Origin: Bacillota bacterium | GTDB lineage: Bacteria; Bacillota; Clostridia; Acetivibrionales; DSM-1351 | Assembly: GCA_023392075.1 (NCBI GenBank) | Contig: JAEVZU010000183.1 | Coordinates: 44,805-108,804 of the forward strand | Reading direction: 5' to 3' | DNA length: 64,000 nucleotides | Shown here: in pieces, positions 10,168-19,768 of the stretch | Position numbering within the stretch: position 1 is the stretch's first letter | Layout of the letters: each line of letters opens with the position of its first letter | Position numbers and translations under genes: made by a program | The notes under the pieces: model-generated | Seen by the model: only the letters and a program-made list of their open reading frames with translations | Told to the model about the DNA's origin: nothing | The model's database searches: none

Positions 10168-10512
10168 ATGAGTGATTGCATTTTTTGTAAAATAATTAAC
10201 AGGGAGATTCCCTCCAAACCGGTTTATGAAAATGACAGTGTATATGCTTTTCATGATATCAGTCCGGAGGCACCTGTTCATGTTCTGATCGTACCCAAGG
10301 AGCATATAGCTTCTCATAATGAATTAACTGCCGGGAATGTTGGAATAGTGAAAGATATACATCTTGCAGCAAATGAAATAGCAAGGCAGTTAGGAATAGC
10401 AGAGAGTGGTTACAGGCTTATAAACAACTGCGGAGGCGATGCGGGTCAAACGGTTTTCCACCTTCACTATCACCTTGTAGGCGGAAAATCTATGGGCAGC
10501 AAAATACTGTAA
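10168..10512 (+). CDS. hinT: Histidine triad (HIT) nucleotide-binding protein
   Basis: CIFCKI start and GQTVFHLHYH motif. Confidence 0.95.
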   Translation: MSDCIFCKIINREIPSKPVYENDSVYAFHDISPEAPVHVLIVPKEHIASHNELTAGNVGIVKDIHLAANEIARQLGIAESGYRLINNCGGDAGQTVFHLHYHLVGGKSMGSKIL

Positions 10513-10665
10513 GTTATCTGCTTATATAAATAAATGTTGACACTTTTTTGAAAAATAATATATAATATACTGTGTGCTGTATTTAGCTTGATTCCCTATA
10601 GTATTTAAATAAATACTACGGCTTATTCCCGGCACAATTGTTACCATCGGAGGGAGGGAAGTTGT

Positions 10666-10842
10666 GTGTCTGAAGTAAGAGTTAAAGAGAATGAGTCTTT
10701 GGATAGTGCTCTCAAAAGGTTTAAGAGATCTTGTGCTAAATCAGGTGTTTTAGCTGAGGTTAGAAAGAGAGAGCATTACGAGAAGCCAAGTGTTAAGAGA
10801 AAAAAGAAATCTGAAGCTGCAAGGAAAAGAAAATTCAAATAA
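10666..10842 (+). CDS. rpsU: 30S ribosomal protein S21
   Basis: GTG start after GGAGG; translates as [57 protein letters not shown] (58 aa, below the ORF-track cutoff). Confidence 0.98.
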   Translation: MSEVRVKENESLDSALKRFKRSCAKSGVLAEVRKREHYEKPSVKRKKKSEAARKRKFK

Positions 10843-10885
10843 TATTGTGACAGTAGTAGCTTATGGCTAATAGGAGATATTTATT

Positions 10886-11329
10886 ATGTCACTAAAAGAT
10901 TTGCTTCTACAGGATTTAAAAGGTGCCATGAAGGATGGCGATAATGTTAGGAAAACAGCTGTTCAGATGGCAAGGTCGGCAGTGCTTCAGGTTGAAAAGG
11001 ATACAAAGGTCACCCTTGACGATGATGGTATAGTTGAGATTATTGCTAAGGAAGTAAAAAAAAGAATGGATACCTTGCCTGATTTTGAGAAAAGCGGCAG
11101 GGACGATCTTATAGATAATCTAAAGGCTGAAATTGAAGTTTTGAAAAAATATTTACCACAGCAGTTAAGCGAAGCTGAGATTGAGAATATTGTAAAGAAT
11201 GCAATTTCTTCGACAGGGGCTGCTTCTGCAAAGGATATCGGAAAGGTAATGCAGGCTGTTATGCCTGAAACCAGAGGCAAAGCCGACGGTAAATTGGTTA
11301 ACCAGATCGTAAAAAAATTATTAGGATAA
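10886..11329 (+). CDS. yqeY: GatB/YqeY domain protein
   Basis: YLPQQLSEAEI..KDIGKVM..GKADG motifs; canonical rpsU-yqeY order. Confidence 0.93.
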   Translation: MSLKDLLLQDLKGAMKDGDNVRKTAVQMARSAVLQVEKDTKVTLDDDGIVEIIAKEVKKRMDTLPDFEKSGRDDLIDNLKAEIEVLKKYLPQQLSEAEIENIVKNAISSTGAASAKDIGKVMQAVMPETRGKADGKLVNQIVKKLLG

Positions 11330-11366
11330 AGAAAAAGCCCGGTATGTACCGGGCTTTTTCTTTTTT
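11328..11366. terminator. Bidirectional intrinsic terminator
   Basis: AAAGAAAAAGCCCGGTA-TG-TACCGGGCTTTTTCTTT between convergent genes. Confidence 0.9.
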
Positions 11367-11375
11367 AACCATGTA

Positions 11376-12275
11376 TCAGTGGTTGTTTAAATGTGTATAA
11401 TAAAACGCATTTCTATATTGAGTTGGAGTCAGATGCTCATGTTTTTTGAATAACTTCATAAAATACTTCTCGTCATCAAATCCCAGGTGATAAGAAATTT
11501 CCTTGATGCTGTAATTGGTATTTACCAGCATCTCTTTGGCTTTTGACAACTTTCTGTCATTAATGTATCTCAATAGACTCATTCCGGTCTTTTGCTTGAA
11601 TATCCGGTTAAAGTAGTCCACATTATAATTATATTTATCTGCAATATCGGATATATGAATTGATTTTTTTATATTTATACGTATCCATTCAAGAACCGAA
11701 TTAAAAACACTGCTATTAATGTCATTGCTTATATTTGCTTTATAGTAGTTTAAAATAGTGAGCTCTGTAATTTCAAGAGCCAATGAAGTCAAAAACAAAT
11801 TGGTTTGATATTTTGTATGGCGGTTAAAGCTTTGTGAGTGGAGCAATTGTCTGAATAAAATATGAATTATTTCGATTGATTCAAATGCTTGGAATAATGG
11901 TAACAGGACAACTTGCTGATCAAAATTGTTAAATCTCATTAATGAAAACTCATTTGACAAATCTTTTTCATCTAATATCTCATAGGGAGTTTTGGAATAA
12001 AAATGACACCAATAATACGAGACAACTTCTTCAGAAATTTTATAGCCCTCATGTACGGTTTGAGGCAAAAGGAGCAGCGTACTGCCGGGAGAAATTTCAA
12101 AATACTCTTGAGCCTGCTGAATATATGCCGTTCCCTCAATTCCATATATTATGACAAAGCTGTCAATATTGCGTTTGGCATGACACCATTCTCCTTTTGA
12201 TATGAATCTGCCACTTGAAATATAGGAGAGAGGAGTACTTATGTCAAATTTTACAAATTTCACAAAGTTCACCAC
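11376..12275 (-). CDS. AraC-family transcriptional regulator
   Basis: N-terminal cupin-like ligand domain and C-terminal double HTH (..IKEISYHLGFDDEKYFMKLFKK..TPTQYR). Confidence 0.95.
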   Translation of the reverse strand: MVNFVKFVKFDISTPLSYISSGRFISKGEWCHAKRNIDSFVIIYGIEGTAYIQQAQEYFEISPGSTLLLLPQTVHEGYKISEEVVSYYWCHFYSKTPYEILDEKDLSNEFSLMRFNNFDQQVVLLPLFQAFESIEIIHILFRQLLHSQSFNRHTKYQTNLFLTSLALEITELTILNYYKANISNDINSSVFNSVLEWIRINIKKSIHISDIADKYNYNVDYFNRIFKQKTGMSLLRYINDRKLSKAKEMLVNTNYSIKEISYHLGFDDEKYFMKLFKKHEHLTPTQYRNAFYYTHLNNH

Positions 12276-12637
12276 CTGTTATTTATTTCAAAACTAAGCA
12301 TATGTAAATATAAATTTAGTATACCATAAACTATATTTAATTTCCATAATCAAATAAGTGTATCTTTAGACCACTAAATTACCTGTTTATTCCACTTATG
12401 CCATTTAAAAGATAATATTATAATAAAAATATATATAGTCCACTTACTCAACGTCAAACTTTTTTTAGTATAACTTCATTTTTCTAATCAAATACAATTA
12501 CCAAAAAATAAATATCCCGGACAGGATAATACCATAAAGTTAATGAGAAAAGAGGTGATTATAACTCACTTAAAAGTTCTGACAACAAAATTTAATGTGT
12601 TTTGTTGAAACATGTGTTTTACAAAGGGGGTATTTTT

Positions 12638-13882
12638 ATGTTTAGAAAGAAGTTTAGTATGGGTGTCGTATTGCTTTTGACGGTTATGTTACTTCTTGGT
12701 ACCTTGAATGCTTCTGCTGCGGATACCAATATCGCTCCTCTGGGAACTGCATCTGCATCGTACTGTTCGCCATGGGAAGATGTAAATGCCGTAAATGACG
12801 GATATAATCCTTCAAGCTCGGGAGACAGGGCACATGCTGTCTATGGAAACTGGGACAACCCCGGATCTACACAATGGGTACAGTACGACTTCGCTCAAAG
12901 TTACACCATATCAAAATCTGATGTTTACTGGTTTAGAGATATATCAGACGGCGGTGAGATTGATGTTCCCGCATCATGTGCAATCAAGTACTGGAACGGC
13001 AGCTCATGGATAGACGTCAGCAATCCTGCAGGTCTGGGAGTAGCAGCGAATACATATAATACGACTACCTTTACACCTGTGACTACTTCTAAAATAAGGC
13101 TGCAAATGACGGCAAAAACATCAAACTCAACAGGTATTCTGGAGTGGAGGGTATGGGGTACAGCGAGTAACGGCAATACACCTGTTGTTGCAACTCCTCC
13201 GAGCTGGATAAATTCATTTTACAAAAAGGCAGTTATGATACATGGTATTCCAATATGCTCAACGAATGCGGTTCCGGATCAGGCACTTATAAATGGCTAT
13301 AACATTCTGGAGCCATATCTTAGAAAGATAAGTGTTGAGAAACCTGAAATAATACAAAAAATGAATCAAAACAGAGTTTATGTTATAGTAATCGGTCTTA
13401 ATGAGACCAATGCCCAGCATCCTTCCTGGGCGGGATATAATGATCCGTCCTGGCCGAGAAGAGGCGGAGGAGGGCTTAATACTACCGTACTTGAAGAAGA
13501 TTTAATCGTACCGTCAAATGATACCTGGAGGCAAAATTTCTGTGGTCTGGTGCATGAGTTCACTCATACCATGCTGTCCTACGGGTTAGGTGATGCCAAC
13601 CATCAAGGTGCGGATATGACTTACTATAACAGGATACTTGCTGCTTACAACAGTGCCATTTCAAAGAATTTGTATACCGAATCGTCCTATGACAGGAGTA
13701 ATTACCATGAATATTTCTGCGGTCAGGTTGGCAGATGGTTCAATGGGAATCCGACCGATCTAAACGTTCCAAACGCGGCAAATTTAACAGACAGACAGCA
13801 GCTGGAGATATATGATCCAGCAGTATACCAGATATGTTCGGAACTTTATGGCCCATATAGCCTGCCGGCTCCATGGGATTAA
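12638..13882 (+). CDS. Secreted protein: discoidin/F5-8C-like module plus C-terminal HEXXH zinc-metallopeptidase-like domain (paralog 1)
   Basis: Signal peptide; QWVQYDF..YWF..TTTFTPVTTSKIRL..GILEW module; LVHEFTH and downstream NYHEYF. Likely ATG at 12638. Confidence 0.75.
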   Translation: MFRKKFSMGVVLLLTVMLLLGTLNASAADTNIAPLGTASASYCSPWEDVNAVNDGYNPSSSGDRAHAVYGNWDNPGSTQWVQYDFAQSYTISKSDVYWFRDISDGGEIDVPASCAIKYWNGSSWIDVSNPAGLGVAANTYNTTTFTPVTTSKIRLQMTAKTSNSTGILEWRVWGTASNGNTPVVATPPSWINSFYKKAVMIHGIPICSTNAVPDQALINGYNILEPYLRKISVEKPEIIQKMNQNRVYVIVIGLNETNAQHPSWAGYNDPSWPRRGGGGLNTTVLEEDLIVPSNDTWRQNFCGLVHEFTHTMLSYGLGDANHQGADMTYYNRILAAYNSAISKNLYTESSYDRSNYHEYFCGQVGRWFNGNPTDLNVPNAANLTDRQQLEIYDPAVYQICSELYGPYSLPAPWD

Positions 13883-14015
13883 TAAGCAACAGTAAAGCAG
13901 GTAACCGGTCCGGCGGATGAAGGCCGGACCGGTTCAAAGAGTATATTTTTAAGCGGGGTAACAGGAATAAATTGAGAAGTGACAAATACATGATCTGTAA
14001 AAGGAGAAGATAATT

Positions 14016-15932
14016 ATGTCCATATCTAAAAAAAGATTTATGCGAAGCATGGCACTTTTAATATCGGTGATTCTTTTGTTGGCAACTGTAAATTATTCCG
14101 TATTTGCAGAAGATTCAAATATTGATCCTCAAGCCGAAAGCGGAGATGATTTGCAGAATGGTCTGGTTGTAAAATACGAATTTAATGAGACTTCAGGAAC
14201 TACAGCGGCCGATTCATCCGGAAACGGTAAAAACGCTGCACTTACACAAGCTGTATTCGCTGCCGGCAAAACCGGCAATGCTCTCAGTTTGAGCGGGAGC
14301 ACCCAATATGCAAGCCTGCCGGCCGGAGTAGTCAGTACATGCAATGATATTACAGTAGCAGCATGGGTAAAGCTGGATACAATCAGCAGCTGGAGCAGAA
14401 TATTCGATTTTGGTACCGGGACATCAAATTATATGTTTTTAACTCCCAGCAGCAGCTCAAATAAAATAAGATTTTCGATATCAAACGGCGGTTCAGGTTC
14501 GGAGCAGCAAATAAACGGGAATGCAGCCCTGACAACAGGTTCCTGGAAGCATGTGGCAGTTACTCTCTCTGGTAATACAGGTACATTATACCTTGATGGT
14601 GTGGCAGCTGGGACAAATACCGGTATGACATTAAATCCATCCGACCTTGGAACAACAACCCAGAATTACCTGGGCAAATCGCAGTATTCCGATCCTTATC
14701 TGGATGGGATGATTGATGATTTCGTAATATACAACAGGGCATTGAGTCAGACAGAGATAGCAAGTCTGGCTGGTGATACACAGACCGGTTATACGAGGAT
14801 AGATGACAATACTACAGGTACGGGTTTAAACCAGTTTGAATACGTGGGTGCATGGAATAGGGAAACTTCATCCGGCGCTTACTCAGGGAGTGAGCACTGG
14901 TCAAAAACAAAAAATGATTATGTAAATATTAAATTTTATGGCAGGCAGATAAAAGTCTACAGCTCAAAGGATACCGATTACGGAACATTCTGTGCATCCA
15001 TTGACGGCGGCGCTGAATCAGCCTGGTCGTGCTGGCAGGTTGTAAGGAGAAACCAGGCAATAGTATATGAAAGCCGTGTACTTCCGCTGGGAGAACACAC
15101 ATTAAAAATAAGGGTAGCCGGACTCAAAAATCCTGATACGGCAAATACAGACACAAATGTCTGCATTGATTTTGCAGACGTATATGAAACCGGGATTCAG
15201 CCCACATCTCCGGCACACGGGGATACTCCTGTTGTCACCACACCTCCGAGCTGGTGCGGCAGTTTTTATACAAAATGTGTTATGGTACAGGATATTCCCA
15301 TTGTTTCATCAAACAATGTTGCAGACTCTTCACTGATAAAAGCGTTCCATATAATTAATCCCATGCTCACAAAAATCATGACGGACAAGCCTGCAGTTTA
15401 TCAAAAGCTGCTTGATAATTCGGTAAAAATAACTGTGGAAGGATTAAATGAATATAATATGACACTTCCGGAATGGACCTGGCAGCCCTCCTGTGATTTT
15501 AATGCTGCCTTCAGAGGTTCTAACGGGGGACGGGAAACACTGATTCTCGAGGATGACATAATAGCTTCGACAACCTGGCTGCAAAGATACTGCGTTTTGG
15601 CACACGAGTTTGCACATACAATACTGTCATTCGGTATTGGTGATCTGGAATATCCGGGTGCTGATTCCGGAATAACAAACCAGGTGTTATCTGCTTATAA
15701 CGCTGCTATAGCTGCAAACAAATATACTGAATCATCCTATGACCGCAGCAATATTCATGAATATTTTGCAGGCAATGTGGGACGCTGGTTTAATGCTAAT
15801 CCAGTAAATCTGAATGTACCGAATGCTTCGTCAAAAACCCCGAGACAACAGCTGCAGGAATACGATCCTGCAATTTACAGTGTTTTATCTGCGTTGTTTG
15901 GTGAATATAAGCTGCCGGCTCCCTGGAATTAA
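14016..15932 (+). CDS. Secreted protein: LamG-like jellyroll, CBM-like beta-sandwich and HEXXH metallopeptidase-like domain (paralog 2)
   Basis: Signal peptide; LamG motifs (WSRIFDFG, WKHVAVT, IDDFVIYNRALS); LAHEFAH and NIHEYF. Confidence 0.75.
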   Translation: MSISKKRFMRSMALLISVILLLATVNYSVFAEDSNIDPQAESGDDLQNGLVVKYEFNETSGTTAADSSGNGKNAALTQAVFAAGKTGNALSLSGSTQYASLPAGVVSTCNDITVAAWVKLDTISSWSRIFDFGTGTSNYMFLTPSSSSNKIRFSISNGGSGSEQQINGNAALTTGSWKHVAVTLSGNTGTLYLDGVAAGTNTGMTLNPSDLGTTTQNYLGKSQYSDPYLDGMIDDFVIYNRALSQTEIASLAGDTQTGYTRIDDNTTGTGLNQFEYVGAWNRETSSGAYSGSEHWSKTKNDYVNIKFYGRQIKVYSSKDTDYGTFCASIDGGAESAWSCWQVVRRNQAIVYESRVLPLGEHTLKIRVAGLKNPDTANTDTNVCIDFADVYETGIQPTSPAHGDTPVVTTPPSWCGSFYTKCVMVQDIPIVSSNNVADSSLIKAFHIINPMLTKIMTDKPAVYQKLLDNSVKITVEGLNEYNMTLPEWTWQPSCDFNAAFRGSNGGRETLILEDDIIASTTWLQRYCVLAHEFAHTILSFGIGDLEYPGADSGITNQVLSAYNAAIAANKYTESSYDRSNIHEYFAGNVGRWFNANPVNLNVPNASSKTPRQQLQEYDPAIYSVLSALFGEYKLPAPWN

Positions 15933-16034
15933 AAGTTATATGGTTATAGTAACTGTTATTTTATAACATAAAATCCAACGGTCAAGATGTTCACAGACTT
16001 ATGCAAATGGATTTTATATGAAAGAGAGGACTAT

Positions 16035-19000
16035 ATGAAAAATACCGACAAATTGTTTAGAAAATTTGTAGCATTAATCTTATCGGCATTGTTAATTTGT
16101 TCAACATTAAACATTGCTGCTTTTGCGGCAGATACCGATAGTGCGCTGACGGCCGCAAGCGGGGATGATCTGCAAAATGATCTGGTTGCAAAATACGAAT
16201 TTAATGAAACTTCAGGAACTATAGCGGCCGACTCATCCGGGAACGGCAAAAATGCCACACTTACAAGTGCTTCATTCGCTGCCGGCAAAACCGGCAATGC
16301 TCTCAGTTTAAGCGGAAGTTCACAATATGCAAGCCTGGCCTCGGGAATAGTAAGCGGATGCAATGATCTTACGGTAGCAGCATGGGTAAAGCTGGATACA
16401 ATCAGCAGTTGGAGCAGAATATTTGACTTCGGAACAGGTACCACAAGTTATATGTTTCTAACTCCAAGCAGCAGTGCAAACAAAATAAGATTTGCAATTT
16501 CAAACGGCGGTTCAGGCTCAGAACAGCAAATAGACGGAAATGCAGCCCTGGAAACAGGTTCATGGAAACATGTGGCCGTTACACTGGCGGGTGATATGGG
16601 AATCCTGTACATTGACGGTGCGGCGGTGGGCACTAATAACGGTATGTCTTTAAACCCGTCGGATCTTGGAGTAACAAACCAAAACTACATAGGCAAATCA
16701 CAGTATTCCGATCCGTATCTGGACGGACTTGTTGATGATTTCGTAATATACAACAGAGCATTGAGCAAAACGGAAATAGCAGGTCTGGCAGGGACCACAC
16801 CTGTCAACAGCGCTCCTGTGGTTGATGCAGGTTCAGACAATACGTCCGTGATTTTACCTGCCGCAATTAATTTAAACGGAACAGCCACCGATGACGAGCT
16901 TCCGGAGGGCTCCGCCATAACAACCGTATGGACCCTGCTCAGCGGTCCTGCCCCAGCAACCTTCGGAAATGCAGACTCCCTGGCGACAACTGCAACGGTA
17001 ACTGTGCCGGGAACATACGTTTTCAAGCTAACCGCAAGTGACGGGGCTTTAACTGCATCCGATACCGTTACTGTAACCGTACATGAGCAGGGAACGCCTG
17101 CTGCTGAAAATATAGCACCAAATGCAACGGCAGCAACAGACTATATTGCCTCGGGATACAGCCTGTCTGCAATAAATGACGGATATGAACCAACCAGTTC
17201 AACCGATACAAGCCACGGTGCATATTGTAATTTAACAACTCCCGCAGCTCCGCATTGGGTACAGTATGATTTTGACAAATATTATACAATAAATGCCTGT
17301 GAAATATATTGGTTAGCCAACGGAAGAACCCTTCTGGCACCGTCAGGCTTCTCATATCAATATTGGAATGGCACCGAATGGGTTCCTGTGCATTCTCCAT
17401 CCGCATATGAACTGGTAACAAACAAATACAGCCGAACGGATTTTATGCCCGTTACAACCAACAGGATAAAAGTTTTGATACAAAATCTGTCAACATCTTC
17501 AACGGGAATAATAGAATGGAAAGTATACACCGGCGGTGTTACGAAAGACTATGCACCTGAAGTGGAGGCCGGACCTATGGCTTATGTCACCATGCCGTCA
17601 ACAATACAATTGAAGGGCTCTGTTGTAGATGACAATCCAAATTCAGCCATAACTTCAACCTGGAGCTTCGTATCAGGCAACGGACAGGCTTCCATCGCAG
17701 ATGTAAATTCTTTGAATACAACGGTAACAGTTACAAAACCTGGGCCTTATGTATTTAAGCTTGCTGTGAGCGACGGAGTAAACACTTCTGCAGACCATGC
17801 CATTATTAATGTTTATAAACAGGGTGCAACCAATTATACAAATATTATGCCGTTGTCAGATATAACAGCTTCAAATACGGCAGCAGGTTATACCACAGGT
17901 GCAATAAAGGACGGTTATACACCTTCAAGCTCAAGTGATACAAGTCATGGAGCCTATGCAAATTCCGGTGCCACTCAGACAGTGGATATGGAATTTACTC
18001 AGGCATACCTGATTAATCAGGCTGACATATATTGGTTTGATAACGGATCAACAATAAGGACTCCGGCTTCATACAAACTATATTACTGGAACGGCAAGGA
18101 ATTTATAAGAGCTTATAACCAGGAGGGGTTGGGAACAGCAGGCAATCAGTTCAATACTTCAACATTTACGCCTGTATTTACTCACAAAATACGTTTGGAG
18201 ACAATTGCCCAATCAGGAAAGGGTGCAGGAATAATTGAAATGAAGCTTCTCGGCTGCCGTCCGTCCGCTCTGACTGCCAACCTGTCGGACCAGGGGGATG
18301 CTTCAGCTAATTCCGTTGCAAGCGGAAGCAGCCTGAATGCCTTATGGGATTCCAAAGCCCCCTCCAGTTCAGCCGACACTTCAAGCGGTGTTTACAAGAG
18401 TAATGCGGGAAGTACAACTCAATGGGTACAATATGATTTTAACAATACCATGACAATTGATGAAGTCGATCTATATTGGTATGCCGACAGCAGTGTGTCC
18501 ATACCTTCTGCATATACCGTCAAGTATTGGAACGGTTCCGGTTTTGTTGCCGTTGCAAATGCCGGCGGATATGGCAGAAACAGTAACCAATACAATACTA
18601 CCGCCTTTACACCTGTGGATACCACGAAAATCAGGGTGGAAATGACACCTGATACCGGAAAGGCAGTAGGCATACTGGAATGGAAGGTATTTGGAAATCC
18701 AAAGGTATCGGCACCGCCTGCTTGGGTAAATTCATTCTATACAAAATGTATTACCGTATTCAATGTTCCCATAGTGGCAAGCTCAAAGGTCAATGATCAG
18801 GCATTGATAAATGCAGCATACACTATAAATGCAGAGCTTAGAAAAATAGCAAAAAATAAGCCTGCAATACTGCAGAAATTAATATCAAATCGGAGCAAGG
18901 TATGCATAGTATCATTCTATGAGTATAATTATCAGCATCCCGGCCAGGAGGGAACAGATAAAACCTTAAGGGCCGCATATGCAGGTCAAAGTGCATTTAC

Positions 19001-19397
19001 ACTTGAAGAAGAAAATATTATACCTCCGGATAAAACGCGGTTCTTTGTATTTAATGTCCTTTGCCACGAATTTGCTCATACAATCCTTTCCCACGGCATA
19101 GGAGAAGCAAATGGCCTGGGTGCCGATGATGCGCTTTTCAACAGGATAAGGAATGCCTACAACAATGCCATTGCAAACAATCTGTACACAGAGTCCTCAT
19201 ATGACAGAAGCAATTATCATGAGTTCTGGACCGGACAGGTTTGCCGGTGGTTCAATTCAAATCCTACCGATCTCAATGTTCCAAATGCAAATAAGTTAAG
19301 TCACAGGGAACAACTGAGATTGTATGACCCAACAACTTACAGCATTGTAGAGGAAGTATTCGGTGATTACAAGCTGTCTGTACCGTGGATTGATTAG
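16035..19397 (+). CDS. Secreted protein: LamG, two PKD/Ig-like domains, three discoidin-like modules and HEXXH metallopeptidase-like domain (paralog 3)
   Basis: Signal peptide; NSAPVVDAG..GTYVFKLTASDG PKD-like repeats; LCHEFAH and NYHEFW. Likely ATG at 16035 after GAGG. Confidence 0.75.
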   Translation: MKNTDKLFRKFVALILSALLICSTLNIAAFAADTDSALTAASGDDLQNDLVAKYEFNETSGTIAADSSGNGKNATLTSASFAAGKTGNALSLSGSSQYASLASGIVSGCNDLTVAAWVKLDTISSWSRIFDFGTGTTSYMFLTPSSSANKIRFAISNGGSGSEQQIDGNAALETGSWKHVAVTLAGDMGILYIDGAAVGTNNGMSLNPSDLGVTNQNYIGKSQYSDPYLDGLVDDFVIYNRALSKTEIAGLAGTTPVNSAPVVDAGSDNTSVILPAAINLNGTATDDELPEGSAITTVWTLLSGPAPATFGNADSLATTATVTVPGTYVFKLTASDGALTASDTVTVTVHEQGTPAAENIAPNATAATDYIASGYSLSAINDGYEPTSSTDTSHGAYCNLTTPAAPHWVQYDFDKYYTINACEIYWLANGRTLLAPSGFSYQYWNGTEWVPVHSPSAYELVTNKYSRTDFMPVTTNRIKVLIQNLSTSSTGIIEWKVYTGGVTKDYAPEVEAGPMAYVTMPSTIQLKGSVVDDNPNSAITSTWSFVSGNGQASIADVNSLNTTVTVTKPGPYVFKLAVSDGVNTSADHAIINVYKQGATNYTNIMPLSDITASNTAAGYTTGAIKDGYTPSSSSDTSHGAYANSGATQTVDMEFTQAYLINQADIYWFDNGSTIRTPASYKLYYWNGKEFIRAYNQEGLGTAGNQFNTSTFTPVFTHKIRLETIAQSGKGAGIIEMKLLGCRPSALTANLSDQGDASANSVASGSSLNALWDSKAPSSSADTSSGVYKSNAGSTTQWVQYDFNNTMTIDEVDLYWYADSSVSIPSAYTVKYWNGSGFVAVANAGGYGRNSNQYNTTAFTPVDTTKIRVEMTPDTGKAVGILEWKVFGNPKVSAPPAWVNSFYTKCITVFNVPIVASSKVNDQALINAAYTINAELRKIAKNKPAILQKLISNRSKVCIVSFYEYNYQHPGQEGTDKTLRAAYAGQSAFTLEEENIIPPDKTRFFVFNVLCHEFAHTILSHGIGEANGLGADDALFNRIRNAYNNAIANNLYTESSYDRSNYHEFWTGQVCRWFNSNPTDLNVPNANKLSHREQLRLYDPTTYSIVEEVFGDYKLSVPWID

Positions 19398-19411
19398 AGC
19401 TAACGGGAGAT

Positions 19412-19612
19412 AAAAAGGGGCGTCTTAAAGTAGAGCAATTGTAATACTTGAATTACTGATTATAGTGCTCCAGTACAATTTTAATAAATGATCAGCTCCA
19501 TTAAAAGTACAGGCAGGTACTTTGTGAGCAATCATTTATTGATGTTAGTACGGGAGCACTATTACATTTTCACCTGCATTTCAGATATTTGAGTTTGGCG
19601 ACATCCCTTTTT
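19412..19612. repeat. Long imperfect inverted repeat (hairpin or MITE-like) between paralog 3 and the glycosidase
   Basis: Nested arms AAAAGGGGCGTC/GACATCCCTTTT, ATAGTGCTCC/GGAGCACTAT, AATAAATGAT/ATCATTTATT, AAAGTAC/GTACTTT. Confidence 0.7.
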
Positions 19613-19768
19613 CTGAATAATTCACATAACCTATGCATTATAAAAGTAGGTTTTAGCCACCTATTCTAACTTTTTTACTACTGATAAAAAAAATTTCATG
19701 ATGATATAATAATTTTGAAATTTAGACATGTCTTATACAAATCTTGTTATTCAAGGAGGGTATTCTTA

